From assembly GCA_963753035.1 (NCBI GenBank), contig CAVWAW010000023.1, positions 14,944-78,943 on the forward strand: a stretch of DNA of 64,000 nt, given 5' to 3'. The translations under genes and the position numbers were made by a program. The DNA is from an uncultured Acidobacteriota bacterium. Its GTDB lineage: Bacteria; Acidobacteriota; Thermoanaerobaculia; Thermoanaerobaculales; Sulfomarinibacteraceae. Positions 1-7,838 of the stretch are shown here, piece after piece. Within the stretch, counting starts at the first letter, position 1; each line of letters starts with the position of its first letter. A model generated the notes under the pieces. It ran no database searches, was not told the origin of the DNA, and worked only from the letters and a program-made list of their open reading frames with translations.

Positions 1-897
1 GGTGGCGTCGGTCGGCGGCTCGGAACCGCTCCGCCGGATCAACCCGAGGCCTCGCCTGGTCACGAGATCGGCCACCGCCTCGAAGCGTTCCGGGTGCCGC
101 GGGGCAAGGATCAGCAAGACCGGGCGTCCCTCGGCTGCGAGCCGATTCAGCGCGTCGAGCACCACCGTCTCTTCGCCCTCCATGGTCGAACCGGCGACGA
201 TGATGGGTCTCTCACCCGCCGCGGACCTGACAGCCTCGATCCAGGAAAGCGGGCTCGGATCCGGTTCGAGATCGTACTTGATGTTGCCTGCGGTGCGGAT
301 CTTCACCTGAGCCACACCCAGCTCGGCAAACCGTTCGGCATCGACCCGGGAGCGGGCGAGCACCAGGCTCAGGGGCTCGAGCAGGGGCCGAAGCAACGGC
401 CTCACCCGCCGATAGCTGCGAAACGAGCTGTTCGACAACCGGGCGTTGATCACCGCGGTGGGAACTCCCCGGCGACCGGCCTGGTGGAGCATCTCCGGCC
501 ACAGCTCAGTCTCCACCACTACCAGGGCGCTCGGCTTCGCGGCATCGAAAACCCGCCCGAGTGCGCCCGGGAGATCGAGGGGGCATGGGATCACCGTCAC
601 CGCGTCGCCCATGGTCCGGCGCGCGAGATCGAGCCCGGTGGCGGTTGTGGCCGTGACCATCACCGGGTATTCGGAGCCGAGAGCCGTCAGTTCACGCACC
701 AGCCTCCGGGCGATCTCCACTTCCCCCACCGAAACCGCGTGCAGCCACAGGCAGCCGGTGGGCAGATCGGGGAGATCCCGGGCGAAACGGCCGCTGAAGC
801 TCGGCCGGCGCTTACCCCGAAGCCGATCCCGGATCTTGAGCACCGGGATCACCAGGGGCAGCAGACCCGCAACCAGGATCCGATAGGTCCAAATCAT
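1..897 (-). CDS. waaA: 3-deoxy-D-manno-octulosonic acid (Kdo) transferase, first 299 codons; 3' end runs off the window
   Basis: Own translation of the minus strand from ATG at 897: MIWTYRILVAGLLPLVIPVLKIRDRLRGKRRPSFSGRFARDLPDLPTGCLWLHAVSVGE... The WLHAVSVGE motif is typical of KdtA/WaaA. The frame is open to position 1. It is absent from the supplied ORF track because no stop is reached. Confidence 0.85.
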   Translation of the reverse strand, partial: MIWTYRILVAGLLPLVIPVLKIRDRLRGKRRPSFSGRFARDLPDLPTGCLWLHAVSVGEVEIARRLVRELTALGSEYPVMVTATTATGLDLARRTMGDAVTVIPCPLDLPGALGRVFDAAKPSALVVVETELWPEMLHQAGRRGVPTAVINARLSNSSFRSYRRVRPLLRPLLEPLSLVLARSRVDAERFAELGVAQVKIRTAGNIKYDLEPDPSPLSWIEAVRSAAGERPIIVAGSTMEGEETVVLDALNRLAAEGRPVLLILAPRHPERFEAVADLVTRRGLGLIRRSGSEPPTDAT

Positions 898-939
898 GCT
901 CAGAGAATACCCCGACCGGGCCCCGAGGTCGTCGCGGAT

Positions 940-1947
940 CTACAGGTGGCTGACGTACTCGGGCTCGCCGTCGGCGACGATGAAGGTGCCGGCCTTGCGC
1001 TCGAGGGCCTTTTTCAGGCTGTCGGCATCGGTGATGAGCACCTCTTTGCCCGTCGCCTTGACGAAATCGATGGCCGATTGGACCTTGGGCCCCATGGAAC
1101 CAGGCGGGAATTGGTTTTTCTCCATCATGGCGCACGCCTGGTCCACCGGCAACGAGCGCAGCCACTTCTGATTCGGCCGGCCGTAGTTCTCGGCGATCAT
1201 CGGCACGTTGGTGAGCACGATGAAGAGATCGGCGTTGAGATCGATGGCGAGGATCGACGCGACATAGTCCTTGTCGATGACCGCCTCGACGCCGCGGAAA
1301 TAACCGCCCACGTCCTCGTAGACCGGGATTCCGCCGCCGCCGCCCGCGATGACGATGGCGCTGTCGTCGATGAGCCGCTTGAGCAGCCGACTGTTGAGGA
1401 TGCTGGTGGGTCTCGGCGACGCCACGACCTTGCGCCAGCCGCGGCCGGGCTCCTCCACCATTTCCCATCCGGCCTCCTGCATGAGCAGATTGGCGCGGTA
1501 GGCGGTGTAGTAGGGGCCGACGGGCTTGGAGGGGTTTTCGAACGCCGGGTCGTGTCGGTCCACCACCACCTGTGTCAGAACCGCGGCGATGTCCTTGTCG
1601 AGCTGCTCTTCGTTGAGCCGGTTGCGGATCTGGTTGGCAAGCATGTACCCCATGGAGCCCTGGGTCTGGGCCACCGCCACATCGAGGGACTGGGGCGGGA
1701 TCTTGGTGATGGCCTCCTCGACCTGGATCATGATGTTGCCGACCTGGGGCCCATTGCCGTGGACGATGGCGAGCTCGTAGCCCCGGTGAATGATCTCCAC
1801 CAGCCAGCGGGTCGCCTTCCAGGCGAGGGTGAACTGCTCCTCCTGGGTGCCGTGGTCCTGGGGACGCAGCAGGGCGTTGCCGCCGAAGGCGATGACCGCG
1901 ACCGGTTTGCGGTCGCCGTCGATCTCGATTGAGTTGCGCTCGTTCAT
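940..1947 (-). CDS. arcC: carbamate kinase
   Basis: 335-aa ORF (VIAFGGNALL...AIVHGNGPQVG...) with carbamate kinase family signatures over its full length. GGAGG lies upstream of ATG 1947. Confidence 0.9.
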   Translation of the reverse strand: MNERNSIEIDGDRKPVAVIAFGGNALLRPQDHGTQEEQFTLAWKATRWLVEIIHRGYELAIVHGNGPQVGNIMIQVEEAITKIPPQSLDVAVAQTQGSMGYMLANQIRNRLNEEQLDKDIAAVLTQVVVDRHDPAFENPSKPVGPYYTAYRANLLMQEAGWEMVEEPGRGWRKVVASPRPTSILNSRLLKRLIDDSAIVIAGGGGGIPVYEDVGGYFRGVEAVIDKDYVASILAIDLNADLFIVLTNVPMIAENYGRPNQKWLRSLPVDQACAMMEKNQFPPGSMGPKVQSAIDFVKATGKEVLITDADSLKKALERKAGTFIVADGEPEYVSHL

Positions 1948-2108
1948 GTTGCCTCCACCCCGCTGTGACGGGGAGAACGAGCATTGTGGAACCGGGAGCG
2001 TCGGGTGTCAACATCTCCGTGCCTGTACCCGTTCCCGTTCCCGTGACGATCCAACCCGCAGCGCGCTTCCGACCTGGTTTCCTCGTCGCGCTTCCCGAGA
2101 GTGCCCCC

Positions 2109-2510
2109 CCAAACATTGTTTGTCCCCTACGCCCAAGACAACGGCGAGGCCCTCGTTCCAAACAATGATTTGGAGCGGCACGTCCGTTCGAGGCGATGTC
2201 CGCTAACCCTCGACAGAACGCGGGTCCTGAACCGGGTCAGCGGAAGAAACCGCGGACAGCGCGCCACCTCGGGGTGCGGGGTTTGACAATGTGCCGGATC
2301 GACCTCCCGGCTCGGCGGCGCTCTCCGCACATTGTCATACCGGGCACCCCCGGAGAGCGCGACGAAGTCTGGTTTTCCGGCTCGGGGGCAGGCCGCCGGC
2401 GCCGGAACCTCGCGGTCGCAGCCCTTCAATCCTCCACCCGAGCGACCGCGATGTTCGGGCGACGCTGGGACCAGGGGCGCCCACGGCGCCCCTGGTCCCA
2501 GAAGGCCGGA
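2109..2510 (+). repeat. mosaic multi-hairpin intergenic repeat, copy R1 (modules C-like, B, H1, H2)
   Basis: Hairpins are CATTGTTTG/CAAACAATG (2109-2173), GACAATGTGC/GCACATTGTC (2285-2336), H1 at 2406-2455, and H2 GGGACCAGGGGCGCC-cac-GGCGCCCCTGGTCCC (2467-2499). The unit ends with AGAAGGCCGG. It aligns by eye with copies R2-R7. Confidence 0.8.
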
Positions 2511-2580
2511 GTCGAACACGGTATGGGTGCCTGGCATCCCCTCCCATCGCCTTGCCGGAGCGGATGACCCGAAACCCCGG

Positions 2581-3687
2581 TCACCGCTCCATCGGGTGGG
2601 GGTAGAACTCGGCGAGCTGCTCGTCGTTGGGTGGGTTGTCGAGTGCCCAGCGGGCGAAGTCGGCGATGATGGGGTCGTCGTCCGCCGCGAGTTTCTCGAG
2701 GAGGCTGCGAACCCGCCCTTGCTGGTCAATGGTGCCGAGCTGAGCGATGACGCTGCCCGTCAGGATGACCTCGCCGAAGAACCGTCGTTCGGTCAGACCC
2801 TCGGCCATCTCCATCATGGCGTCGAGGTGGCTGTCCGGCATATCCAGACGAAAGGTGCCCGATGGTTCGCGCCTCAGATACGGCGCCAGATCAACGGAGG
2901 AGATCTTGGTTGCGGTCATCATCCGCTGTGGTGCGAGTTCGCCGAGGATGATTGAAGCGAGCAGGGCGAGCTCGGTGTCGCCTTCGCGCTGGGCAATCCG
3001 ATACACACCCCGCGTCCCGATGTGAATGCAGGCGAGACCCACGAGATCATTGATGATGACCACATCCTCCTGGCGCAGGAGTCGGCCCAGCCTGATGGCG
3101 CGCCGGCAGTCCTCGAGCCCCAGATCCGGATCCTCGGTATCCACACCCCGGCCGGTCCACGAACGCGCCATGGTCAGCATGAAGAGCAGATTGGTGATCC
3201 GCGTTTCGGCACCTTCCATCCGAAAGACCTCCGGATAGAAGCTCATGGTGGCCTGGTCGACCCACGGCTCGGCCTCGAGCAACAGTTCGTCATCACCGGC
3301 GACGATCTGGCCAAGATCACCCTCGGCCTCGAACCGCCGCGACATCAGATCTTCGGCATCACGGGCCCGCGGACCCCTGTTCTTTTCGAAAAGGGCGAAG
3401 AACTCGGCCGCATTGCCGATCCCGTCGCCGAGGGGGGCGATCAGATCGAGATCCGTTCGAAACCGCACCGGCCAGGTCTTGGCCGACGGGCATGACCAGC
3501 ACGGAACCTCGAGCTCTGAGACCGTTGTCGCTCGAGGCGCCTCCAGCAGGAATTGCGGAGGGACCACCAGTCGACTCGTCTGCCACCAGCGAAGAACAAG
3601 ACGCGCTCCGAGAAGGCCTCCGAGGACCAGGACGATGGTGACGGCCGCGGTGATGATGGTTCGGACGGGGTTGGGTGCTGTCTTCAT
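2581..3687 (-). CDS. hypothetical N-terminally membrane-anchored protein, last gene of the ECF sigma operon
   Basis: Start chosen at MKTAPNPV (ATG 3687), which forms an ATGA overlap with the upstream stop. It has one TM helix (IITAAVTIVLVLGGLLGARLVL) followed by about 340 aa, apparently helix-rich by eye. No family recognised. Confidence 0.6.
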   Translation of the reverse strand: MKTAPNPVRTIITAAVTIVLVLGGLLGARLVLRWWQTSRLVVPPQFLLEAPRATTVSELEVPCWSCPSAKTWPVRFRTDLDLIAPLGDGIGNAAEFFALFEKNRGPRARDAEDLMSRRFEAEGDLGQIVAGDDELLLEAEPWVDQATMSFYPEVFRMEGAETRITNLLFMLTMARSWTGRGVDTEDPDLGLEDCRRAIRLGRLLRQEDVVIINDLVGLACIHIGTRGVYRIAQREGDTELALLASIILGELAPQRMMTATKISSVDLAPYLRREPSGTFRLDMPDSHLDAMMEMAEGLTERRFFGEVILTGSVIAQLGTIDQQGRVRSLLEKLAADDDPIIADFARWALDNPPNDEQLAEFYPHPMER

Positions 3688-4079
3688 GACTGATCCTCGT
3701 TGGTTGTGGGTGGCTCGGTTTCGCCGCGATCCCTGGAGATCCGAATCTCCCACGCGGGCAGCTCGATGATGAGGCGTTCCACGTCGATGACCTCGGCAAG
3801 CTCATCGCGTATTGCGGCCGCCGCCATCACCGGCCGGATGGTGTCCGCCGGCCCGGAAGGAGCGCCGGTACCGACGACGATGTGGCCAAAAATCAGGGCC
3901 GCCACCGACGAGGCCCAGACGAGCCGGATCGGTCGACTTCTCCAGAGCGTCAACCAGATGTCGGTTCGGCCATTCGCCGCCATGGCGGCTCGCGCCGCAT
4001 GAAGTGTACGGTCCCTGAGCTCTGGCGGCGGGACCGGCGGGCCCTGCCCTCCGGACATGGGATCAAGAGATTGATTCAT
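3684..4079 (-). CDS. putative anti-sigma factor (single-pass membrane protein)
   Basis: Start chosen at the internal MNQSLDPMSGG (ATG 4079), which overlaps the sigma gene stop by 17 nt. One TM helix (IRLVWASSVAALIFGHIVVG). The call rests on position immediately after an ECF sigma gene; no zf-HC2 motif was seen. Confidence 0.5.
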   Translation of the reverse strand: MNQSLDPMSGGQGPPVPPPELRDRTLHAARAAMAANGRTDIWLTLWRSRPIRLVWASSVAALIFGHIVVGTGAPSGPADTIRPVMAAAAIRDELAEVIDVERLIIELPAWEIRISRDRGETEPPTTNEDQS

Positions 4080-4680
4080 GGTTCTTCTCCAGCAGACGGC
4101 GGAGTTTGGCGACGGCGAGCCGGTGCCGACTCGCGGCGGTAAAGGTCGGCACCCCGGTGATCCGGCCGATCTCACGGAAGGTACAGTCAGCGAAGTGTCT
4201 GAGCAGCAGCACTTCGCGTTGTTTCTCGGACAGCCGGGCGATGAGACGTGAGAGCATTTCGGCTTCGATCCCACGGTCGGGATCGGATGTCGGCGCCTCG
4301 AAGAACGGTGCGTCCTCGATGGCCTCGGCTCGACGCCGTCGTTGTTGGCGAACCAGATCGATCGCCCTGCGGTGGGTGATGGTCAGCAGCCAACGCTTCG
4401 GATGACGCACCCTCGCCAGACGACCACCCAGCTCGGCAACCTTGACAAACACGTCCTGGACAACGTCCTCGGCGTCCTCACGGGATCCGGTGCGCCACAG
4501 AGCGAGACGATAGACATCCGTCGCAGCCAGATCGTAGAGTTCGTCGAGGGCCACGACCCGACCGTCGGCGAGGGCGGAGAAGACTTCACGCCACCGGTTC
4601 TCGGTGTCGCTGGCGCTCGAGGAGCGCACGGTGTCTCCCTCGAGCCACGCGGGTCCTGCCGGTCGGGTCATCGCCTCCAT
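4063..4680 (-). CDS. ECF-type RNA polymerase sigma-70 family factor
   Basis: Region 2 (DAEDVVQDVFVKV...WLLTITHRRAIDLVR) and region 4 (LSEKQREVLLLRHFADCTFREIGRITGVPTFTAASRHRLAVAKLR) are clearly present. Confidence 0.9.
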   Translation of the reverse strand: MEAMTRPAGPAWLEGDTVRSSSASDTENRWREVFSALADGRVVALDELYDLAATDVYRLALWRTGSREDAEDVVQDVFVKVAELGGRLARVRHPKRWLLTITHRRAIDLVRQQRRRRAEAIEDAPFFEAPTSDPDRGIEAEMLSRLIARLSEKQREVLLLRHFADCTFREIGRITGVPTFTAASRHRLAVAKLRRLLEKNHESIS

Positions 4681-4737
4681 GCTAGATCAGACGCTCCAGC
4701 CCTCACGTATTGTCAATTGAGCTCCGGAAAGGCGAGT

Positions 4738-5182
4738 CCGAACCCGATCCCGCGTCTTCTCGAGGCGCCGCAAATCCCCGTGACCTCATCGAGAATGGCC
4801 GAGGGAGCCACCTTTAGCATTGTTCGGGATTGGCATATTCCGTAGATCGGCGACTCACACCCCGAACAATGCAAAAGATGGCACCCCGTTCGAAGCCAGA
4901 ACCTCAGACCCTCCACAGAACGTGGGAAGGGGCGTGCGGCGGGGTGCCGGGCACGCTATTGTGCCGGCTATGGCCTTCCGGTACCGCGACGCGCTGCGCA
5001 CAATGGCGCTGCCGGGCTCCCTCGGGAGGCGCGACGAATTTCGGTTCTCCCGGCCACGATGGAGGCCGCCGGCGCCCGAGCATCGCGGTCGCAGCCCTTC
5101 AATCCTCCACCCGAGCGACCGCGATGCTCGGGCGACGCTGGGACCAGGGGCGCCCACGGCGCACCTGATCCCAGAAGGCCGG
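4738..5182 (+). repeat. mosaic multi-hairpin intergenic repeat, copy R2 (modules C, B, H1, H2; most complete copy)
   Basis: Module C is CATTGTTCGGG...CCCCGAACAATG (about 4815-4870). Module B is ATTGTGCC...GCACAAT (about 4950-5015). H1 has a perfect 16-bp stem at 5077-5130 and H2 is at 5140-5172, followed by CCCAGAAGGCCGG. Confidence 0.85.
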
Positions 5183-5299
5183 GGCTCAGGGAAACCCGAG
5201 TCAGCAACAGCCGCAGGGACAGGAACCGCGGCAGCGGCAGTTGTGCCTAGAAGCGCGATGCCGTACCCGATGACCCCATCGCCTCGCCGGAGCGGATGA

Positions 5300-6133
5300 C
5301 TACCGCGGTTGGAGCACGACGACGCGTTCACAGCCGCCGGGGTCTTTGATCCGCCGCGCAACGCCGAGACCCGCGGTCGAGGCGAGAGCGGCGACCGCAT
5401 CGGCCTGATCCTCGCCGATTTCGAGGATGGCGCCACCACAGTGTCTCAGCAGTCGCGGGAGATCTTCGATGAGACGTCGCACGAGATCCAGCCCGTCGGG
5501 ACCTCCATCGAGGGCCGAGGGCGGATCGTGGTGAACCTCCCTTGGCAGCGCATCGAGATCGGTGGTCGGGATGTAGGGCAGATTGGCGACGATGAGATCC
5601 CAGGGTGGGTCCATGGAGGCGGTAAGGTCAGCTTGGTGGAACTCGATCTCGACCTCATGTCGTGTGGCGTTGGTACGAGCCACAGCCAATGCCTCCGGCG
5701 AGACGTCCACTGCCGAAACCCGCCACTTCGGCCGCTCCGCCGCCAAGGTGATCGCGATACAGCCGGAACCTGTTCCGACATCGAGAACCCGCGCCGTGGC
5801 CGACAGGGGCAGATCGAGGGCGACCTGGACCACGAGTTCGGTCTCGGGTCGGGGCACCAGGACAGCGGGAGAAACCTCGAAGAATCGGCCCCAGAATTCG
5901 CACTCGCCCGTGAGGTGGTGGGCCGGCTCACCCGCGGCACGGCGGATGAGCCAGTCGCGGTAGCGAGCATCGACCTCGGCTGGAACCTCGCGCTCGGGGT
6001 GGAGCCTGAGGGTGATCTCCTCGATGCCCCACGCTCTGGCGAGCAACCACATCACCTCCCGACGGGGATCCGGAATCCCCCGCCGCTCGGGAAGCGCCTC
6101 GGCCCCCAGAGCGAGTGCCTCTTGGGTGGTCAT
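5300..6133 (-). CDS. prmC: release-factor glutamine N5-methyltransferase
   Basis: SAM-binding VLDVGTGSGCIA motif plus a substrate motif IVANLPYIP (NPPY-type). Located immediately downstream of prfA, as is typical. Confidence 0.9.
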   Translation of the reverse strand: MTTQEALALGAEALPERRGIPDPRREVMWLLARAWGIEEITLRLHPEREVPAEVDARYRDWLIRRAAGEPAHHLTGECEFWGRFFEVSPAVLVPRPETELVVQVALDLPLSATARVLDVGTGSGCIAITLAAERPKWRVSAVDVSPEALAVARTNATRHEVEIEFHQADLTASMDPPWDLIVANLPYIPTTDLDALPREVHHDPPSALDGGPDGLDLVRRLIEDLPRLLRHCGGAILEIGEDQADAVAALASTAGLGVARRIKDPGGCERVVVLQPR

Positions 6134-6165
6134 AGAGGATCCCCAGTGACGGGCATCCGGGAAGG

Positions 6166-6242
6166 TCGATCCCGATCCCGTTCCTGATCCCGTTCCCGAA
6201 TCGCCAGCGCGGGAACGGGATCAGGAACGGGATCGGGATCGA
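6166..6242. repeat. perfect 33-bp inverted repeat (11-nt spacer) built of CCCGWT-type hexamers, between prfA and prmC
   Basis: TCGATCCCGATCCCGTTCCTGATCCCGTTCCCG (6166-6198), spacer aatcgccagcg, then the exact reverse complement (6210-6242). Checked base by base. Confidence 0.95.
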
Positions 6243-6255
6243 GGCCGGACATCGA

Positions 6256-7326
6256 TCAATCCAGCCCGGCCTTGAGCAGTTCAGCCTGGTGGTACTCCAC
6301 CGCCGGATCGATGAGCTGGTCGAGAGCGCCGTCGAGGACCTCGTGAAGACGATGGGTGGTGAAGCCGATGCGGTGATCGGTGACCCGGCCTTGAGGAAAA
6401 TTGTAGGTGCGGATCTTCTCCGACCGGTCGCCGGAGCCGATCTGGCTGCGCCGTTCAGACGCCCGCTCGGCGTCCCGTGCGGCCTCCTCGATCTCGAACA
6501 ACCGCGCCTTGAGTACCCTGAGCGCCTTGGCTTTGTTCTGGATCTGCGACTTTTCGTCCTGGCACGAGACCACGAGACCGGTGGGCAGATGGGTCAGTCG
6601 CACCGCCGAGTAGGTCGTGTTGACGCTCTGACCGCCCGGGCCTGACGAACAGAAACGGTCGACCCGGATTTCCTTTTCGTCGATCTCGACCTCGACCGCC
6701 TCGGCCTCGGGCATCACCGCCACGGTCGCGGCCGAGGTGTGAACCCTGCCGGAGGATTCGGTCGCGGGCACCCGCTGGACCCGATGGACCCCGGACTCGA
6801 ATTTGAGCCGCGAGAAGACCTTCTTGCCCTCGATCATGGCCACCGCTTCCTTGATTCCACCAAGACCGGTGTCCGAAGAATCGGTGATGGACATCTTCCA
6901 GCCTTGAATTTCGGCGTAACGACCGTACATCCTGAGCAGTTCACCGGCGAAGAGCGCTGCCTCGTCGCCACCTGTGCCGGCACGGATCTCGAGGATGACG
7001 TTTCGCACGTCGTTTGGATCCTCGGGCAGGAGCATGACTTTGAGCCGCTCCTCGAGCTCGGTTGATCGACTCTCGAGCCCCTCGATCTCAACCTCGGCCA
7101 TGGATCGCATCTCGTCGTCATCGGTCTCGGCGAGGATCTCGCGCGCTCCCTCGAGCTCCGAGAGCACGCCCTTGTAGTCGCGGTAGACCTCGACCACATC
7201 GGAGATCTCGGCCAGTTTGATGGCGATTTCGCGCGACCGGTTGCGATCCACCGCAACCTCGGGGTCGGCTTGTTCGACCTGGAGGGCGGCGTGCTTGGTG
7301 GCAAGTTCTTCGAGTCGTTCGAGCAT
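6256..7326 (-). CDS. prfA: peptide chain release factor 1
   Basis: GGQ motif (SGPGGQSVNTTYSAVRLTHLPTG) and a PAT-type tripeptide region (VPATESSGRVHTS). Start set at MLERLEEL (7326), because the longer ORF extension to 7416 runs into the rpmE terminator. Confidence 0.9.
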   Translation of the reverse strand: MLERLEELATKHAALQVEQADPEVAVDRNRSREIAIKLAEISDVVEVYRDYKGVLSELEGAREILAETDDDEMRSMAEVEIEGLESRSTELEERLKVMLLPEDPNDVRNVILEIRAGTGGDEAALFAGELLRMYGRYAEIQGWKMSITDSSDTGLGGIKEAVAMIEGKKVFSRLKFESGVHRVQRVPATESSGRVHTSAATVAVMPEAEAVEVEIDEKEIRVDRFCSSGPGGQSVNTTYSAVRLTHLPTGLVVSCQDEKSQIQNKAKALRVLKARLFEIEEAARDAERASERRSQIGSGDRSEKIRTYNFPQGRVTDHRIGFTTHRLHEVLDGALDQLIDPAVEYHQAELLKAGLD

Positions 7327-7367
7327 CTTGGATGGCTTTCCCGCACGCATTCGCGGCGATCTCGGAC

Positions 7368-7413
7368 CCAGAAACAAAGAAAAATCCCGCGCGGTTGTCT
7401 CCTCCCGCGCGGG
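7368..7413 (-). terminator. rho-independent terminator after rpmE
   Basis: On the minus strand: CCCGCGCGG-gaggagacaa-CCGCGCGGG followed by ATTTTTCTTTGTTT. A second small hairpin, GCCGCCCatGGGCGGC, sits at 7422-7437. Confidence 0.7.
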
Positions 7414-7446
7414 CATCAGAAGCCGCCCATGGGCGGCGGAAAATCG

Positions 7447-7647
7447 CTACTTCTTGCCGTAGCGGCGCTCGAACTTCTCGACCATTCCGGCGGTGTCGAT
7501 GAGCTTCTGCTTGCCGGTGAAGAACGGGTGGCACGCATTGCAGATCTCGAGCCGCATCTCGGGTTTGGTTGAATGGGTGGTGAAAGTGTTGCCGCAAGCG
7601 CAACCGACCTCGATCTCGTGATACTCGGGATGGATTCCAGCTTTCAT
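7447..7647 (-). CDS. rpmE: 50S ribosomal protein L31
   Basis: [66 protein letters not shown]. This is only the last 66 codons of the 235-aa track ORF. GGAGGT lies upstream of ATG 7647. Confidence 0.92.
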   Translation of the reverse strand: MKAGIHPEYHEIEVGCACGNTFTTHSTKPEMRLEICNACHPFFTGKQKLIDTAGMVEKFERRYGKK

Positions 7648-7838
7648 ATTAACCTCCGCCCGGCGGCTTGGTACGCCGAAGCCGGGGAAATATACACGAA
7701 GATGAGGCAACGCACAAGGTTTCAGGTTTCGCGTGTCCTTGGGAGAACGCAGATTCGGTGCCTGGCACCAACTTTGTTTGCCGCGAACAAAGTTGTGTGC
7801 CTGCGCACCGCTCCCATCGCTTGCCCGGGACGAGCGAA

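Noticed and set aside
94-1932. 612-aa plus-strand ORF spanning waaA and arcC.
   Set aside because: It is an Arg/Gly/Pro/His-rich translation with no recognisable motifs. The opposite strand encodes clear WaaA and carbamate kinase sequences. This is the typical antisense open frame of high-GC DNA.
2278-2297. TTGACA inside module B (GGGGTTTGACAATGTGCCGG; also at about 35412-35430 and 37170-37185) as a mobile -35 promoter box.
   Set aside because: There is no -10-like hexamer 16-19 nt downstream in any copy. In addition, copies R2 and R3 lack the TTGACA.
2127-2955. ORFs inside the repeat regions (2127-2729, 2332-2955, 4855-5439, 35205-35612, 50037-50693, 55038-55538, 62989-63741) that show peptide similarity between copies (for example SIERAATTL and GGLKGCDR).
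   Set aside because: The similarity follows the nucleotide repeat. Indels between copies break the frames and the orientation varies relative to neighbours. The conserved parts are hairpin arms and loops, not codon-periodic sequence.
7327-7416. A 30-codon N-terminal extension of prfA (track ORF 6256-7416).
   Set aside because: RF1 homology starts at MLERLEEL. The extension overlaps the rpmE terminator hairpin and its U-tract.
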